From positions 62,001 through 126,000 of the forward strand of contig NOWV01000013.1 of NCBI GenBank assembly GCA_003344405.1: a stretch of 64,000 nucleotides of DNA. Direction: 5' to 3'. The position numbers and the translations under genes are program-made. Source of the stretch: Trichoplax sp. H2 (Eukaryota). Under the pieces are notes generated by a model that was not told where the DNA came from, searched no databases, and saw nothing but the letters and a program-made list of their open reading frames with translations. This document shows, piece by piece, positions 12,173 to 25,700 of this stretch. Numbering within the stretch: position 1 is the stretch's first letter; each line of letters opens with the position of its first letter.

Positions 12173-15100
12173 GTATGATAGTCATCATACGCGTATAGAA
12201 TGGCTATATGATAACGATTTCTATTTTCTTCGCTTAATAAAGGGGAAACTATTCGATGACAGATAATATTCAAATTGTATATTTTCTTAAAATCTTGCAG
12301 TTTAATTATAACAGACTACCTCGACTAAGTTACCTATTTTTTATGAAGAATAAGGCGATCATATAGGACACTATTTGATGACAGCTTATATTCAAGTTGC
12401 ATATTTTCTCACAACCTTACAGTTAAAGTGGCATTTATGTAAAGCTGTAATAATTTAACAGCCATGAAATCATCTTGCTATAGAAGCTAAAAGAATGTAG
12501 GAAAATAATCTTATAAAGAGGCTATTGGACATAGTAGTAGAACTAGGAAGAAGGGCTACGTATCATAAATGGATGAAGCAAAGTTTGTCGATAACTTCCT
12601 GTTAGCGTAGGTAATAAGAGATGATCAATCATATGTCGGATACCGTATCCTGTAATTTATATGCAGATTTAGTTTACATTTCCAATACAGAAACGTTAAT
12701 AACTATAATTAATTGTAAATATTCATAGTTGCGATTGCTGCAGACGGAAAGTGTTTAATTTGTGAGACTAGAATGGGTAAAGTTAAGAATAAATGTAGTT
12801 CACATTACACATCGTATAAATTAGAACTGTGATAGCTATGGTAATGTAAGAAGAACTAAATTAGGAGCTTTGGTATACAACGTTGATTTATTAAGTAATC
12901 AGCTGTATTTCTCCTATATAAGTCTAAATCGTTTCTGATAATAGTGGCCCAATTTATAAGTTACTGTAACCGAGTAACTTTTGAATAACTGTTGTAGCAT
13001 AATATCCATAAGATAACTTATCTATGACGTTTTACATATTTTTAATAGATAACTGTATAGTTGTTGTAATAAAATCCAATCACGAAAATTTCAGAATTGT
13101 AGAAAATTAGAACTTTATTAGATCTAATACAAAGACTAGCTACACACAGCTCTGCTCTAGCCGAATAAAACTATTGAAGGACTTCTAGAAAGAGCAAACT
13201 GAATAGTCTAAAGTTGGCAGCTTGTATTCATTTCGTAGCAACCACAGCCACAATCAGCATGGCAACATTCTACCTTAATTTACACATAGTCAAATTATTA
13301 TTATTGACAATATTTTACAGCGGACCATCATTAATCCGATATGGAAACAACTACAGTATTTCCGTAGATATTATTCTTTGCAGTCAAAGTACGGTAAACT
13401 AAGCATATCCTAATATATGAATTACAGTTCTATTTTTACCTCTAGCCTTAATAGTAACTCAACACCTTACTATATATAGTCATCTGTACTATAGCATAGA
13501 ATCTACCATTACAGTCCATAGTAGCGAGCTACCAAATACGTCTAAAGATAAATATAGAAAGTTACGTTTCCGTACATCTTACTATCATAGCTAAAAGTCT
13601 ACAATCACAATACTAAGTTTCATTACATGTTTTACATATATTTAATAGATAACAGTATAGTTAGTTGTATAATACTATCTGTCATCAGATCAACTCAACT
13701 GATATAATTAATGTTCATATCGATTTACTATCAATTAAGTGATTTTTGAATTAAATTTGGGTTCAGTTTTGTCTAAGAGAGACTAGCGTCAACAGGAGAT
13801 CGTCAGTATTTACAGTAGTACTGAGGAGGACAAATTTGAAGTAGACTCATATATTTAGTTTCTACAATAGTTAAATTTTTCGTCGTTATAAAGTTAGATT
13901 TGTACCAATTATATAGCCATACCCAAAGAAGGCTTAATAATTATATAATTGTCAGTTACTAATGATAAAAACAGGCTTATGTAGTAGGTACAGGTTGATA
14001 CGCTGTCTTTGCCTTCCAATGCAAGAGTATTTAGTATACTGCATATTTCCAGGTACGATATAGCAGGGACTACTCGAAAGAAGAGTTTCGAGTAGTCCCT
14101 GGATATAGTACCCAAATACAACAGTTCAGTTAATATTCAGCATCACTGTTCAGGTTAATTTAACATTATTTAATATTGAAGTACAATACTGTACCACCCA
14201 TTTTATCTAAATGAAGGAACATTAGCAAGAAATTATTTACCTTTATCCAGGTAAAGTAAACGGTAGGCTATCAACCCGAAAGTTATTTAATGCATGCGCG
14301 TATTACAACAAGATGTTATATCGTATTGCATTAACCCAAATAAAAGAACTACAACATACGACATGTTTGCTATACAATAAGAAATTTTTTAAATTATCTC
14401 CAAAGGTAGGACAAAGAATCTAAAGTAAACTGTGGAATACGGTTACTTTTACTGCTACCAAATTAAAGAATAAATGCGTTTTGGATAAATTACAATACTG
14501 GTGAGTGACGTCCCATTTATAAGAATTTAGTACCAGCCTTGATTATATTGCAGTACCGCACTTTCTAAAATTAATGTTAGCAAAGATGGATTTATCTTTC
14601 TAGATGGTTCTCATAAAATCATAATTTATGTAATAACATTATCAATTAATTATTGATGAGGTTTGATCAGTAGATGAAGATACACTATGTGCAAAGAAGA
14701 TTTCTAATATATGTACTACCTAGGGATACTCTGTTGGTGCTAATAAAATTATGCCACTATATTGCTAAGCCGTTATATGAATACGAGAATAAGAATTATA
14801 CGGTTAATTATCAAAAATTTCGCAAAGTAACTTGTTCGGTATAACCAATTTATTACAACTGCACTTATGATAGGAAATTGCCGTTCAACAGAATTCAATT
14901 ATGTATTAACCATTGATCTTAATAAAGCATTGCTAAATATAACAAAATTCTTAAAAGACCCCTTAAAATGAGCAGGTATTTCTACTACCCATGAATTGAA
15001 ACAATTTTTCACACATGGATAAGTACAGGAATATCATTGGCAACTTGAATTACTACAATATTAGCTAATAAACTAAATATCCACTTTCTCGTTGGTTTTC

Positions 15101-15252
15101 AGTTTTAGTAGTAGAATAATTAAATTACCCAAACGTTAGTAATCTATTTCTAGTATTTACCATAATCTAATTGACATTTAATCTAGGGGTAAGAGAAACG
15201 AACTGCTTTTGTTACTGCTTGTCTATAAAAAACCACTGATGCTTAAAGAGAT

Positions 15253-17436
15253 CTAAAAGAAAAGTGATAAAAGTGAACAAATTGCATAAAATAGGAAAGA
15301 TCCAACCACAACTGATGACGCATGATTAGTATATCCTTGATTTGGAGGCACTTCATAGGTTTGTGCATTTTGATCAGGAAAAATATTGCATTCATAAAGT
15401 AGCTTGATAGCCGCTTGTAGATTATTTGGCAAGCTAAACAAAAAAGAATATTATATATTTTGAGACAGTTAAATAGTCTCTTCCACTTAATAAATATAAA
15501 AAGAAAAAATGTGTATCACTGTATACTTTCTAATGCAACATAATTACTGCTAATACTGTAATATATCATCACTTGCCATACTTACCAATTGATCGCAGCT
15601 TCACATTCTTGTCTGCTTATTACACCGAGAAGCTTCTTTGAATCACTGCTACAAAAGGGTACATTGCGGCATGAGATTCTAACCCACCTATTAGTGCAGC
15701 TGGTTCCAATTCCAGCCCTACTTAAAGTATTTCTCAAGTTGGTAATAGCAGCACTTTGACCTGGCAGCTCAGGTATCAACCAAGTTGGAAAAGTAATATT
15801 CGAAGGTAATGTTCCGCATTGAAACGGATTCAATGAATTCATGCTATATCTTCCACAGGAAGTTAAACTGATTTGTCTCCCTGATAAAGTACATATCTGA
15901 GTTCCTGTCTGTCCATTTAAACTGATAGTATTGGCGGGACATGAGCTAAGCCCGCTACACCCACTAGCAATACTTCCATATGTAGCGACAGTAGAATCAC
16001 TTGAACATCTCGGGTATGCTCCTGTACATAAAATTTGCTTTACCGCACTACTGCAGGTACTTCCTAGCGTTACTTGTAAGGTAGAGAAAGAGTTTGCAAT
16101 CAGCCCCATCGCTTTATCAAGTCTCTTGACCATAATTGTCGGAGAAGTATAACTCGTGCCACAAAAACTTCTGATACTACTGCTCGGCATAGAGCAAGAA
16201 TTTAAATCGCTTTCCACATAGGCGACTGCAGTGACGTTTACGTTCCTTCTCTTCCTAATTTCCTGTAGAGTAACAATGTTATACATTATATGAAAGTGAT
16301 CATATCGATAATGAGATAATATTCGTTTTTAAGGTATAAACGACTCAAAATCACATACTCCTATACGCGAATGGTGTATGTCATTATTGCTGTGACTATT
16401 ACAAGTGTGTCAGCCTCTAATGGAATTGATTAAAGACGATCTCTTCAGTATATATCACAAATGAATTAATTTAGAAGCATCATTGCCGTGTCAAAATCCT
16501 CGAGCTACTGAAATTCAATAGCTACTTTCGCCAAAGTGTAGCGCTGTCAGTGTTTATTAAGCCAGAGCTTTTTTTCGATAATTAATAACCGACAAAATAA
16601 CCAAACGTCTCCTACATTTCATTGTCTATAACGCATTACATACTGTAAGTCAATCACATTCAGCGTTGCGAGGTTGATTTTAAACTAAAAATGTGCAATT
16701 GGCATCCTATTCGTAGAATAAGCATAACTACATGCACACACATATGCGAATCAAGACATGTAACGATATGTACATTTGAACTGTTCGCACTAGGTCATTT
16801 AGTATAATTTATAAAACAATTTTTCTAATTTATTTTTGCGTTTTTCCCTCGTGCTTTTTGTATCCAAAATAACAAATCATAGAGAACTTTGGTATAAAAT
16901 AGTCAAATGTAGTACTGACAAATAAATTATGGTTATAAAGTTATACTAAATCAAGAAAGCATAAATTATACAATAAATTAGCACGACTACTATCAACTCT
17001 TTCTTTAGCGATAGCCAGGAGCTAACCATATTACAGTATATAGTTAGTCTCAGCAATAAAATCGATAACACGCATCCAACTACAACTATGTGTATCATGT
17101 TGATTGATTGGAGTGCAATGACTGATTGATCGATTGAGTTCAATAGTTTAGCTGTCAATAATGTAGTTTTAATGTTTAGCCAGAAAATTCACAATCCCTT
17201 AATATACGATTGTATAGATATACGTACAATACACTCAAATTCCTTATTTAATATCTTACCGCAACGGCAACATAATTTTCATCGTCCTTTTGCACGTTCT
17301 TAGTATTATCAGCAATCAGCTTTACCACCTGATGTACTAAATCATCCTGCGTTCTAAACACGCCTATAGGCGTGTTAAACCCGTTAACATGGCATAGGAT
17401 GGAAAAGATAACCAACGCAAGGCACGCTGACTTCAT
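15253..17436 (-). CDS. Secreted, probably GPI-anchored protein with two tandem Frizzled-CRD-like domains, copy B (~344 aa). Exons 17260-17436, 15586-16262, 15253-15433
   Basis: GT-AG junctions join in frame (phases 0 and 2). Signal peptide MKSACLALVIFSILCHVNG, RKRR furin-type site, two Cys-rich repeats (C..C..P...C......C....P.C), ending C..FPD as in FZ domains, then a hydrophobic C-terminus VVVGSFLFYAICSLLSLFF* with no cytoplasmic tail. Confidence 0.85.
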
Positions 17437-19269
17437 TTTGATCCAATTTAGAATGAGTTAATTTCCTATTTAGAAATAACATTGACATTTTACATGACAA
17501 TTTCAAAAAACTTTGTTAATAATACCCCAACAATTTAATCTCCAGAATAGCTAGCTACAACATTGTTCTACCCATAGTATAAGTACGCGTCGTCTTTTTT
17601 GTCGATTTTTTTTTTACAATTGGTTATTGAAAACAAAGATTAGTAGAAGTTTTTCTATTCATCTTTACACAAGAGTAGCATAGCATGAAGGGGAATAAAA
17701 CTCCCAATGAAATCATTTGTCAGTAAACTACAAAGTACTGTACAGTATATCATTACCCGTTATGACGATAATAAGTTGGATTTTTCCAATATGGAAAAGC
17801 GTCAAAAACTACCTTGACATTAATCGCACAATTTATAATAATAATTCCTTTCACTATTTATAAAAGATATATATGATTAACTAATAATGCTGCTAGTACT
17901 GTAGTAATGGTAGTAATAAGGTTATCATTATTAGAAACAGCACCGTCCATTAATACCTACTGCTCAATCCATATTTGATTTTACTACACCTTGCACTCAA
18001 CTAACCCGTTACTTGTCTCTTTTAAGTATTAAAAATAACATGGAAAGTATTCCATCAACGATTTCGGGCGTAACAAAGACATACGGTAGCGTAGATTTAT
18101 AGAGTACGTTAATGGTTGGTTATTCTTCATATGTTCAAAAGTCATTCTCATCAATGGTACCATTGCGATAGACATTTGTATTGATTAAGTCGACCGGAAT
18201 ATCAAGGTTGATTTATCCTACTCTCACCCAACTCAATCAATATATTGATTCTTGCCGATTTTTAGCTACTGTATATTTCCCCCAAATTCGCTATGCCTTG
18301 GCAATCTTCTCAATTCAACGTACTGTAGTAGACATATTTTTTCGATGCATACCGTAAGTGTTCAAACGATTACACGATGTAGACTAAAAGAATGTAAAGT
18401 GTGCGTAGTGCTACCTACTGTAAACCTTCACCAAGTATTTGTATTGACAGACTCGATTGAAATAGAGAGAGAGCAACATTAGGACTAATGCAATAAGAGA
18501 AAGTTGATAGCATTACCACTGGAGTAGTTTTATATTGGTACTTAATTAACAGAGAGCCGTCGAAAATTATTGTCACGCGATTCACCAACCAATTATTTCA
18601 TTGTAAAAAAGAAAAATACCCTCGAACATACGGTGCAAAACTTGCACTGTAGATGATTTCAGCTAGTGATTCATTTTACAAAAGTATAGAGTGATTTTGA
18701 TCAAGTTAATTCTAATTGTAGCATCAGCTCCAAAGTATAGCATGCACTATCCAAAAGAAGACATTGTCACTGAAATTGAAAATGGTTGATATTGATCGAG
18801 GACGGCGCCACACCTTGAAATAATGATCGTTATCACTACAATTCTCGACGCATACAAACAAGGACACAAAGGTGGGCAAATAGGAGAAGTGTATATGCTA
18901 TTCGATGGTAGGCGATCACTTTAATGCTTTTTTTAACCATCGAATCCATGCAAACCTTCGTCGATGGAAGTGGACCAATCGAATGTACATCAATAAATTT
19001 CTAAACATCGCAATACAGCTCAAGCCATGGTACGCGTGCTGTAGACGACATTACATTCTATCCCTTAGTCCAAACAATCGCCTTGAAGCTAAACCTTTCT
19101 AATTCAATTTCCACTAAGAAGATACAAACTATTTCCTACTCACCGATGATATCTAGAAGCGAAAAGATGATAGAAAGATCAAATTTGTTCCCTGATTGTC
19201 AAAACGCACCAACGTGTAAACACGATGATTATATCCTAGATAGGAGTCGCTGGCCTTGACCTCGCCCAC

Positions 19270-19700
19270 TGAAACTGAGCCAATTAGAAACATTAGTCGT
19301 CGTTAAATCGATTACGCGTACAGTACAGTACAGTACGTGCTGACGTAACCTGTGCCCATCTCCCTTCCATTACCACGTGATATCAACGGCTCGATGATTA
19401 CTATAGAAAGCTTTGTTTTCAATCGCAACTCGGGGATAATGACCTCCGACCTACCGTACAGTACTGTACAATACGGTACAGTACTACCAACTGGAGATAA
19501 CTGGAGTGTACTGTACAGTACTGTACAGGACAGATCGTGTACTGTACCAATACGCTTCCTGGTCACAGTCACGTGCCATCAATCCACTATTATAATAGGA
19601 TGCCAATCTTGGGCCGAGGTCGTGACGTCATTGGTGAGACAAACAGGAACTCGTTTTCAAGTGACGCAACTACAGCACTGTACTGTACTGTACATCAACT
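19270..19700. promoter_or_regulatory. Promoter-like island with no assignable gene
   Basis: Locally GC-richer. Contains a perfect CRE TGACGTCA (19623-19630), CACGTG E-boxes (~19374, ~19570), CCAAT/ATTGG boxes (~19280, ~19602, ~19630) and dense TACAGTA/TACTGTA arrays like those upstream of GINS4. Confidence 0.45.
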
Positions 19701-19825
19701 CATACTGTAGACGTTGGTTCAATAGGGATAATGCAAGTAATTCGTTATTGTGTAAAAACAACTCTAGAGTGACTACTGGATTACCATCACTGTCCATCAG
19801 GGAGGAATCAGTTATGAACGAATGC

Positions 19826-20071
19826 ATGGAAAAGGATTCAGATTAAATAGAGATCATTTTATCGAATAGTTTGAGTCAACAATTGAAGAGTGCAGACAGG
19901 TTCTTGTCGGGGGGCCTACTATTATTTTTACTGGACGTTTCTCACGCATGGAAAAGGATTCAGATAAATAGACAGTACGTCATTTCAATGAATAGTTTCA
20001 GTCAAGAATGCAAGAATGCAGACATGTTCTGGTCGGGGGCCTACTATTATTTTCAATGGACGTTTCTCACG
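19826..20071. repeat. Diverged tandem duplication, ~122-bp unit x2
   Basis: catggaaaaggattcagat...gggggcctactattatttt...ggacgtttctcacg occurs twice in a row. Confidence 0.9.
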
Positions 20072-20837
20072 GTACAGTAGTCCCTAACTCAGTACAGTGC
20101 TTGGTGCCACGATAAGCAGATTATGAATCAAACTTCTGCTTCATACATTGTTACTCAAATGGAGAAAAATTGCTGTAACACTTTCCCTCCCTTAATTTGA
20201 CTCATGAGCGTGGATTAAAGTACTGTATCTTTGCAACTCAACCTTGAACCGAATATTCAGACTTTCATCGCCAAATTCCATTAAGATTCGATTCAGAAAG
20301 TACAGTACTGTACGTATACTGTATGCCGTAGACTGTAGGAGCGATTACAGCAAGGGCTGATGTTCTTCTAAAGTGCAATTGTAGGCCTATCTTAAACCAG
20401 TGTTAATTTCGGAATGACAGAGTAATCCCTGCAGTACTGTACATACAGTAGTGGGTTAGTATACAAGAAGTCACATCGAACTTTTTCAATAAATAAATGT
20501 ACTAATAGAACTATCGACTCGTAATTGAAATTGAACACACGTAAACATTTCTAGCATACATACACTACTGTACTGTACTATGCATTAGATAAAGTGTAGA
20601 TAAGCCGGATGGAATGTACAATAACAACTTAATCGATCTTTTTGTCATTATTTACAGTCAATACCCAATTAAAGAAGTTGTAGCATTGTGCAGCAACCGA
20701 CTTACAGGAAACGAAAGATCAAAACAAGTTGATCATTTTTCAATCGATTTTATTCTCATTAAACCGTCTAAAATCCGTAATAATATAAAATTTATCTAAA
20801 ATCCTAAAAGGTACTGTTATGCATTCTTAAAACAGAT

Positions 20838-21105
20838 CTTGGTTGTAGGCTAGACTATAAAACAGCTAAGTATCAAATTACCGTTGCAGAGATACATGTT
20901 GGCAGTCTTCTACTTACTAAAGTGAAATTTCAAGAAAAATCAAAACTCTTCCTATGTCCATTTTAAGATACTTGGTTGTAAGCTAGACTATAAAACAGCT
21001 ATGTATCAAATTACCGTTGCAGAGATATATGCTGGCAGTCTCCCACTTACTAAAGTGAAGTTTCAAGAAAAATCAAAACTCTTCCTATGTCCAATTTAAG
21101 GTACT
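20838..21105. repeat. Tandem duplication, 133-bp unit x2
   Basis: cttggttgta(g/a)gctagactataaaacagct...ctcttcctatgtcc starts at 20838 and again at 20971. Confidence 0.92.
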
Positions 21106-21286
21106 TACAGTATGTCACAAGCATCTAGCAATATGATATAAACACTTGCAGCAAATACTGTAGTAGAGTATAGTAATTAGAATCATAAGGGTATTGCTTT
21201 CAAAACTTACTGTCGATACCCACTAGCTCTAATATAATGGTAACTAATCAGTTATATAAAATTTTTTTTTATGCATATTCCAGAAT

Positions 21287-22774
21287 TTAATTTATGAAAA
21301 AGATTGACATGAGAATGCAAAATAAGTAAAGCAAGATTGATTCAATAGCTACCGCAGTACCACCACCACTATATGCTTGATCTGGGGGTAATGTTACACT
21401 TGCCGAAGTTTGATCAGGATAAACAGTACAGTCAAGGAGACTCGATCCTTGAAAACTACTTGGCAAGCTGAAATTATATTTTTATTCCAAATAAATTAAA
21501 TGTCACAAGGTAAATCGAATATTTTCAATTGACTAGTGGTTTATTCAAAACTTCTTAGGTAATACTTTAGGATGGCTATGTTTATGTACAGTATATCCAT
21601 ACATACTGTAAACAGCGTGCAGTAGGTATCATAACCACTTACCAGTTGAAAGCTGCTTGGCATTGTTGTCGCGTTACAGCACTATAAAGTTTCTTTCGGT
21701 CGCTACTGCAAAATGGAGTATTAACACACAAAAGTTTCATCCACCTATCTACGCAACTTTTTTTTACGTTAGCTTTTTCCAATTGTGTTTTTGACGCAGC
21801 AATAGAAAGAGTTTTTCGCTGTATATCTGTAGTCAAATAACCTGGAAATACGATATTCGTTGGTAAACTACCACAAATTTGTGAATTAATCGTTCCTGGA
21901 GAGTACTTTTGACATTGTGCTAACTGGATTTTTGTTCCCGCTCTAGCACATATCTGTGGCCCAGTCTGGCCTTCAATATTAATGAGATTAGATGAGCACG
22001 CTGTCATGCCAGCACATGAACTAGCAAAAGTACCGTACGTGGCAGTGCTCCCGTTAACAGAACACTGTGGTATAAATCCTTTACACATTATTTCTTTGAC
22101 GATATTGGCGCAATTACTTCCAAATTGCGATTGTATGTTGGAGAAGCGATCTATGACAAATTCTAGTACTTTAGTCAGTCTCCTAACCAGCATCGTTGGA
22201 CTGTTATAACTGATATTGCAAAATGTTCTAATCTTGCTGCTTGGCAGAGAACACGAATTTAAATCGCTATCGAGCCATGCTTTAACTGTGTTACTTGTAG
22301 CCCTTAATTTCCTGATGTGCTATAAAATAGAAATAAAATAAATTTGTAAGTATCGTTCTGATTCAAACCCTGCAAATGTTGGTAGGTTACAAGTATTCAA
22401 TAACTCTTGCAACGACAATGTACAAATTCGGATGATCATTTTAACTGGTAAACTGTGCTATACCGCATATTATGCTAAGCACGATTCTGTTACTATTTTG
22501 CTAACAAGACATTGTCGAACAGTATCTACATACAGGGAACATTTCCATGTAATAGCCTTCATAATTTCTGTACATGTAACTTCATAAATGCTGAACTTAC
22601 ATTGATTTCCGCCTTAATTGAATCATCCACGATTTCTTTGCTACCTTTTGCAGCTGCTTCTACCAACTTCCTTAAGAAATCGTCATCTTCGCTGAACGCA
22701 GCAATATGAGAATGAGCTTGATCAATTTTGCAAGTAACCAGAAGCAATCCAAGGACAATTAGTGTAAATCTCAT
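21287..22774 (-). CDS. Double FZ-CRD-like, GPI-type family, copy C (~343 aa). Exons 22601-22774, 21643-22319, 21287-21467
   Basis: In-frame GT-AG joins. Exons 2 and 3 (677 and 181 nt) are the same lengths as in copy B. Signal peptide MRFTLIVLGLLLVTC, RKLR site, conserved Cys pattern, and tail AVAIESILLYLFCILMSIFFIN*. Confidence 0.85.
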
Positions 22775-25700
22775 CGTTGCAATATCTTTACCTATTGAAG
22801 ATAACTTATAGGGCGAATTATCAAGATACGATAAACTTCTTTGAACAGTTTCAAATCTTTAGAAGAGAAGTGTAAACAAATAAAACTATACATATATCTA
22901 TAAAAGAATGCATGCATAACGGTTATAGACATTCTTTTATAGGTATATGCATAGTTTTATTACGCTGTCTAAGTACTGATAATTATTGGTATTGCAATTG
23001 TGTTATAAATTGCACTATAGATTTGATTTAGCTTTTCTTGAAGAGAATTAGTGGCATAGGGCTCTAGAACTACTAGTTCTAGAGGTTCATGTTAGTGGTT
23101 ACTGTTCCTCCCATAGATGTAAACAGAAATACTTCTATGCTTCCTCATGACGATGGGGAGATCATCAGTCTGTAGCTAGGTAGATATCGGGAGGACAAAC
23201 CTGACACTAGATTCATAGCGGTTGCTTTTCCTATAGAAAGTTTTAATTTCCGTCTTTAAAAATTTAGATTTGTAACAATAAGTTACACATTTATGAATCT
23301 AAGATGCAACCAGGATCCATTTTGAGACTGCATAATACATTGCAATGCTGTCTTAAGCCTCAAATTAATTTTGATAGCTCGATTCTACGAGTAGAAGCTA
23401 GTATGTAGGAGTTGATTATTTTATCCTTTCAAGAATATCCCAACGGTAGTTAGTCCCATTGTTGATATATCACAGGAAATACTGAGAAACAGGCATCAAT
23501 ACAACATGTTATTGGGAAGAGAACACGATGATTTTCCACAGTACACTGATGCTAAGCAGTTAATTTGAGTTCTTGTTTACATTCATCAATATTCAAGATT
23601 TGGAAAATTTTTTGAAAAATTCGTGTGAATCAATAATCCTGACTCGGATCGTCGATTCTATAATCGACTTGTCGCTTTGAGTTATGGTAACGGTACAAAG
23701 TTTACTACATTACGCGTCTTATATTATATAGCATTTTTGGATTAGTACCCTGCAAGCTGCTGATCGAGTTCAATAACGGATCCTATCCAATAATCCTATC
23801 ATCTAAGGTCCTATCTATTACAACGCCTTAATTGCAACAATCCTTTAGTATCATGCATCAAGGTTGAACAATGAATCATCATTATTACCCTTGTAGCCAT
23901 GACAATATGTAATGCATATACCTCAAGTACTGGAGCTATGTCGATTTGTGTTGATGATGAATAGAGTTAAGGGACATGAAAATCATAAATGTGTCTTTTT
24001 ATTTTAAAACGCTTAAACTTTATTATAAGAAACTGATAACTTACCTCGAAAGACTGCTTTAATTAAAAAATCTTAACCAACAGCCGTCAGGAGAAGCGAG
24101 ATAGTTTACGCCTTACTAACTAGAGACTATTATAGCAGTTTGAGTGTTTTAAGCACATCTATGCTCCTTGGTCTGTCTTCTTTTAAGAACTCTGACTTCC
24201 GAAACCCGTGACCGATGACGTATTCTTCGTATTTAGATAGTCCACTACCGATAAATAAAAGGGAAATGTGTTGAGATTTTTCTTTCTTTTCTCTTTATAT
24301 TTATTTATCTTACTCGATTCTACTGTACTCCTGCTTTCTCATGTGATGAGTAAAGTACCGTACAGTATCATATACTGTATAATATTCTAAAGACAGCAAG
24401 AAAAACGTTGGCCGGCACTAAACACTCGTAAACTCTAGTTTTGATTTCATCAATACGCTATTTGTAGACTGAGGGAGAAATTTGATGATAATGTAACTGA
24501 AAGCTTTTACATTCATTTACTGAACAACATTATTATTACGATTTGTAGTATTGTAATTTTGAAGAGATTTAATCTACAATATTTGCCTGTTAGATTAGAG
24601 AGTTTATGGTTAGCAATCAGATTAAAGTGCGATTTATTTTTTAGAGGATTGAAATCAAATTTAATGCTAGCAGAATCGAAATTATTGCAGTTTTATACTG
24701 TATTTTAGTAATAAATCAGTTTGATTGAAAATACTTCTAATGAAAAAACATTGTTTTGATCTAATATGGCATGTATCCTTTCCTAACACGCGTAATATAT
24801 TCTATTTGTTAGCAGTTTATGCAATAAAGTTGTAATACTATACAGCGTAAGCTAATACTGACTCTAAGCTTATGGCACTTAGGCTCAGAATTTGATTTAT
24901 GTTAGAGTAGAATAACAACACAGTAAGCTACACTTGATCTATTTTAACAGTAAATAATGAACATCAGAAACAATGGCTTTATGATTTGAAGGTTATAACG
25001 GATGTAATTTTTTCATCCTAAAATTACAGATCAACTATGCAACAAATTAGACTCCTAGCAATAGCAATACAGTTCCTTTGTCAACGCTTTCTACAAACAG
25101 GTGTTTTATATTTATATACTTTATCTGTTCGCCCTAAATTAACCTTGTGATTTCTATCCTCACAGTAATTTAATATGCAAGGAGAGAATCTTTAATACAG
25201 TATATTTGTTTAATCAACTAGCAGAGGCATCGTGCGATATTAAATAGGTTAGAATAAAAAAATTATAAGAAAAAATTCTGAACCTTCTTGATCTAAGCTC
25301 TTTATAAACTATCACATAAAATAGCAGTCTAGAACTCGAGCAACGATAGACCATCACAGTACAATCAGATCTACCATATACTGTCACTAATAAAATCATG
25401 TATTCTTGTTGCATTGTAGAGTACATCTAACTGATTCAGGCCCATTTCTTCGTGCGCTTGATAGACTCTTTAAACAGATATAAATAAATAAATCAAAAGG
25501 GCCTAACATCTGCTCATACGTCGTTATTTGGCTGTCATGAAATTGAAAAGATGAAGGATCATTGTTACTGTTTATGCTATCTCGTACGTAGAGCAATTGT
25601 TAATGGTCATTGTGTTTCCAAACATAAATATGAAGCCGACAACGTTGTGTTTCCACTCTTAGTTGTTAACGTTGGTACGAGGGAGTTTGATACATCTCGC

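Noticed and set aside
15931-16152. Plus-strand short ORFs here and at 21982-22209, 22512-22709, 38815-39108 and 58636-58923
   Set aside because: They are antisense shadows of real minus-strand exons.
19312-19846. ORFs of 164 aa (+) and 86 aa (-)
   Set aside because: They are built largely from TACAGTA/TACTGTA motif translations (YSTV, CTVLY) and show no protein-family features.
15253-22774. Calling the Cys-rich genes Frizzled, Smoothened or sFRP orthologs
   Set aside because: There is no 7TM region or netrin domain, the genes stop right after a single hydrophobic tail, and the Cys pattern deviates from canonical FZ.
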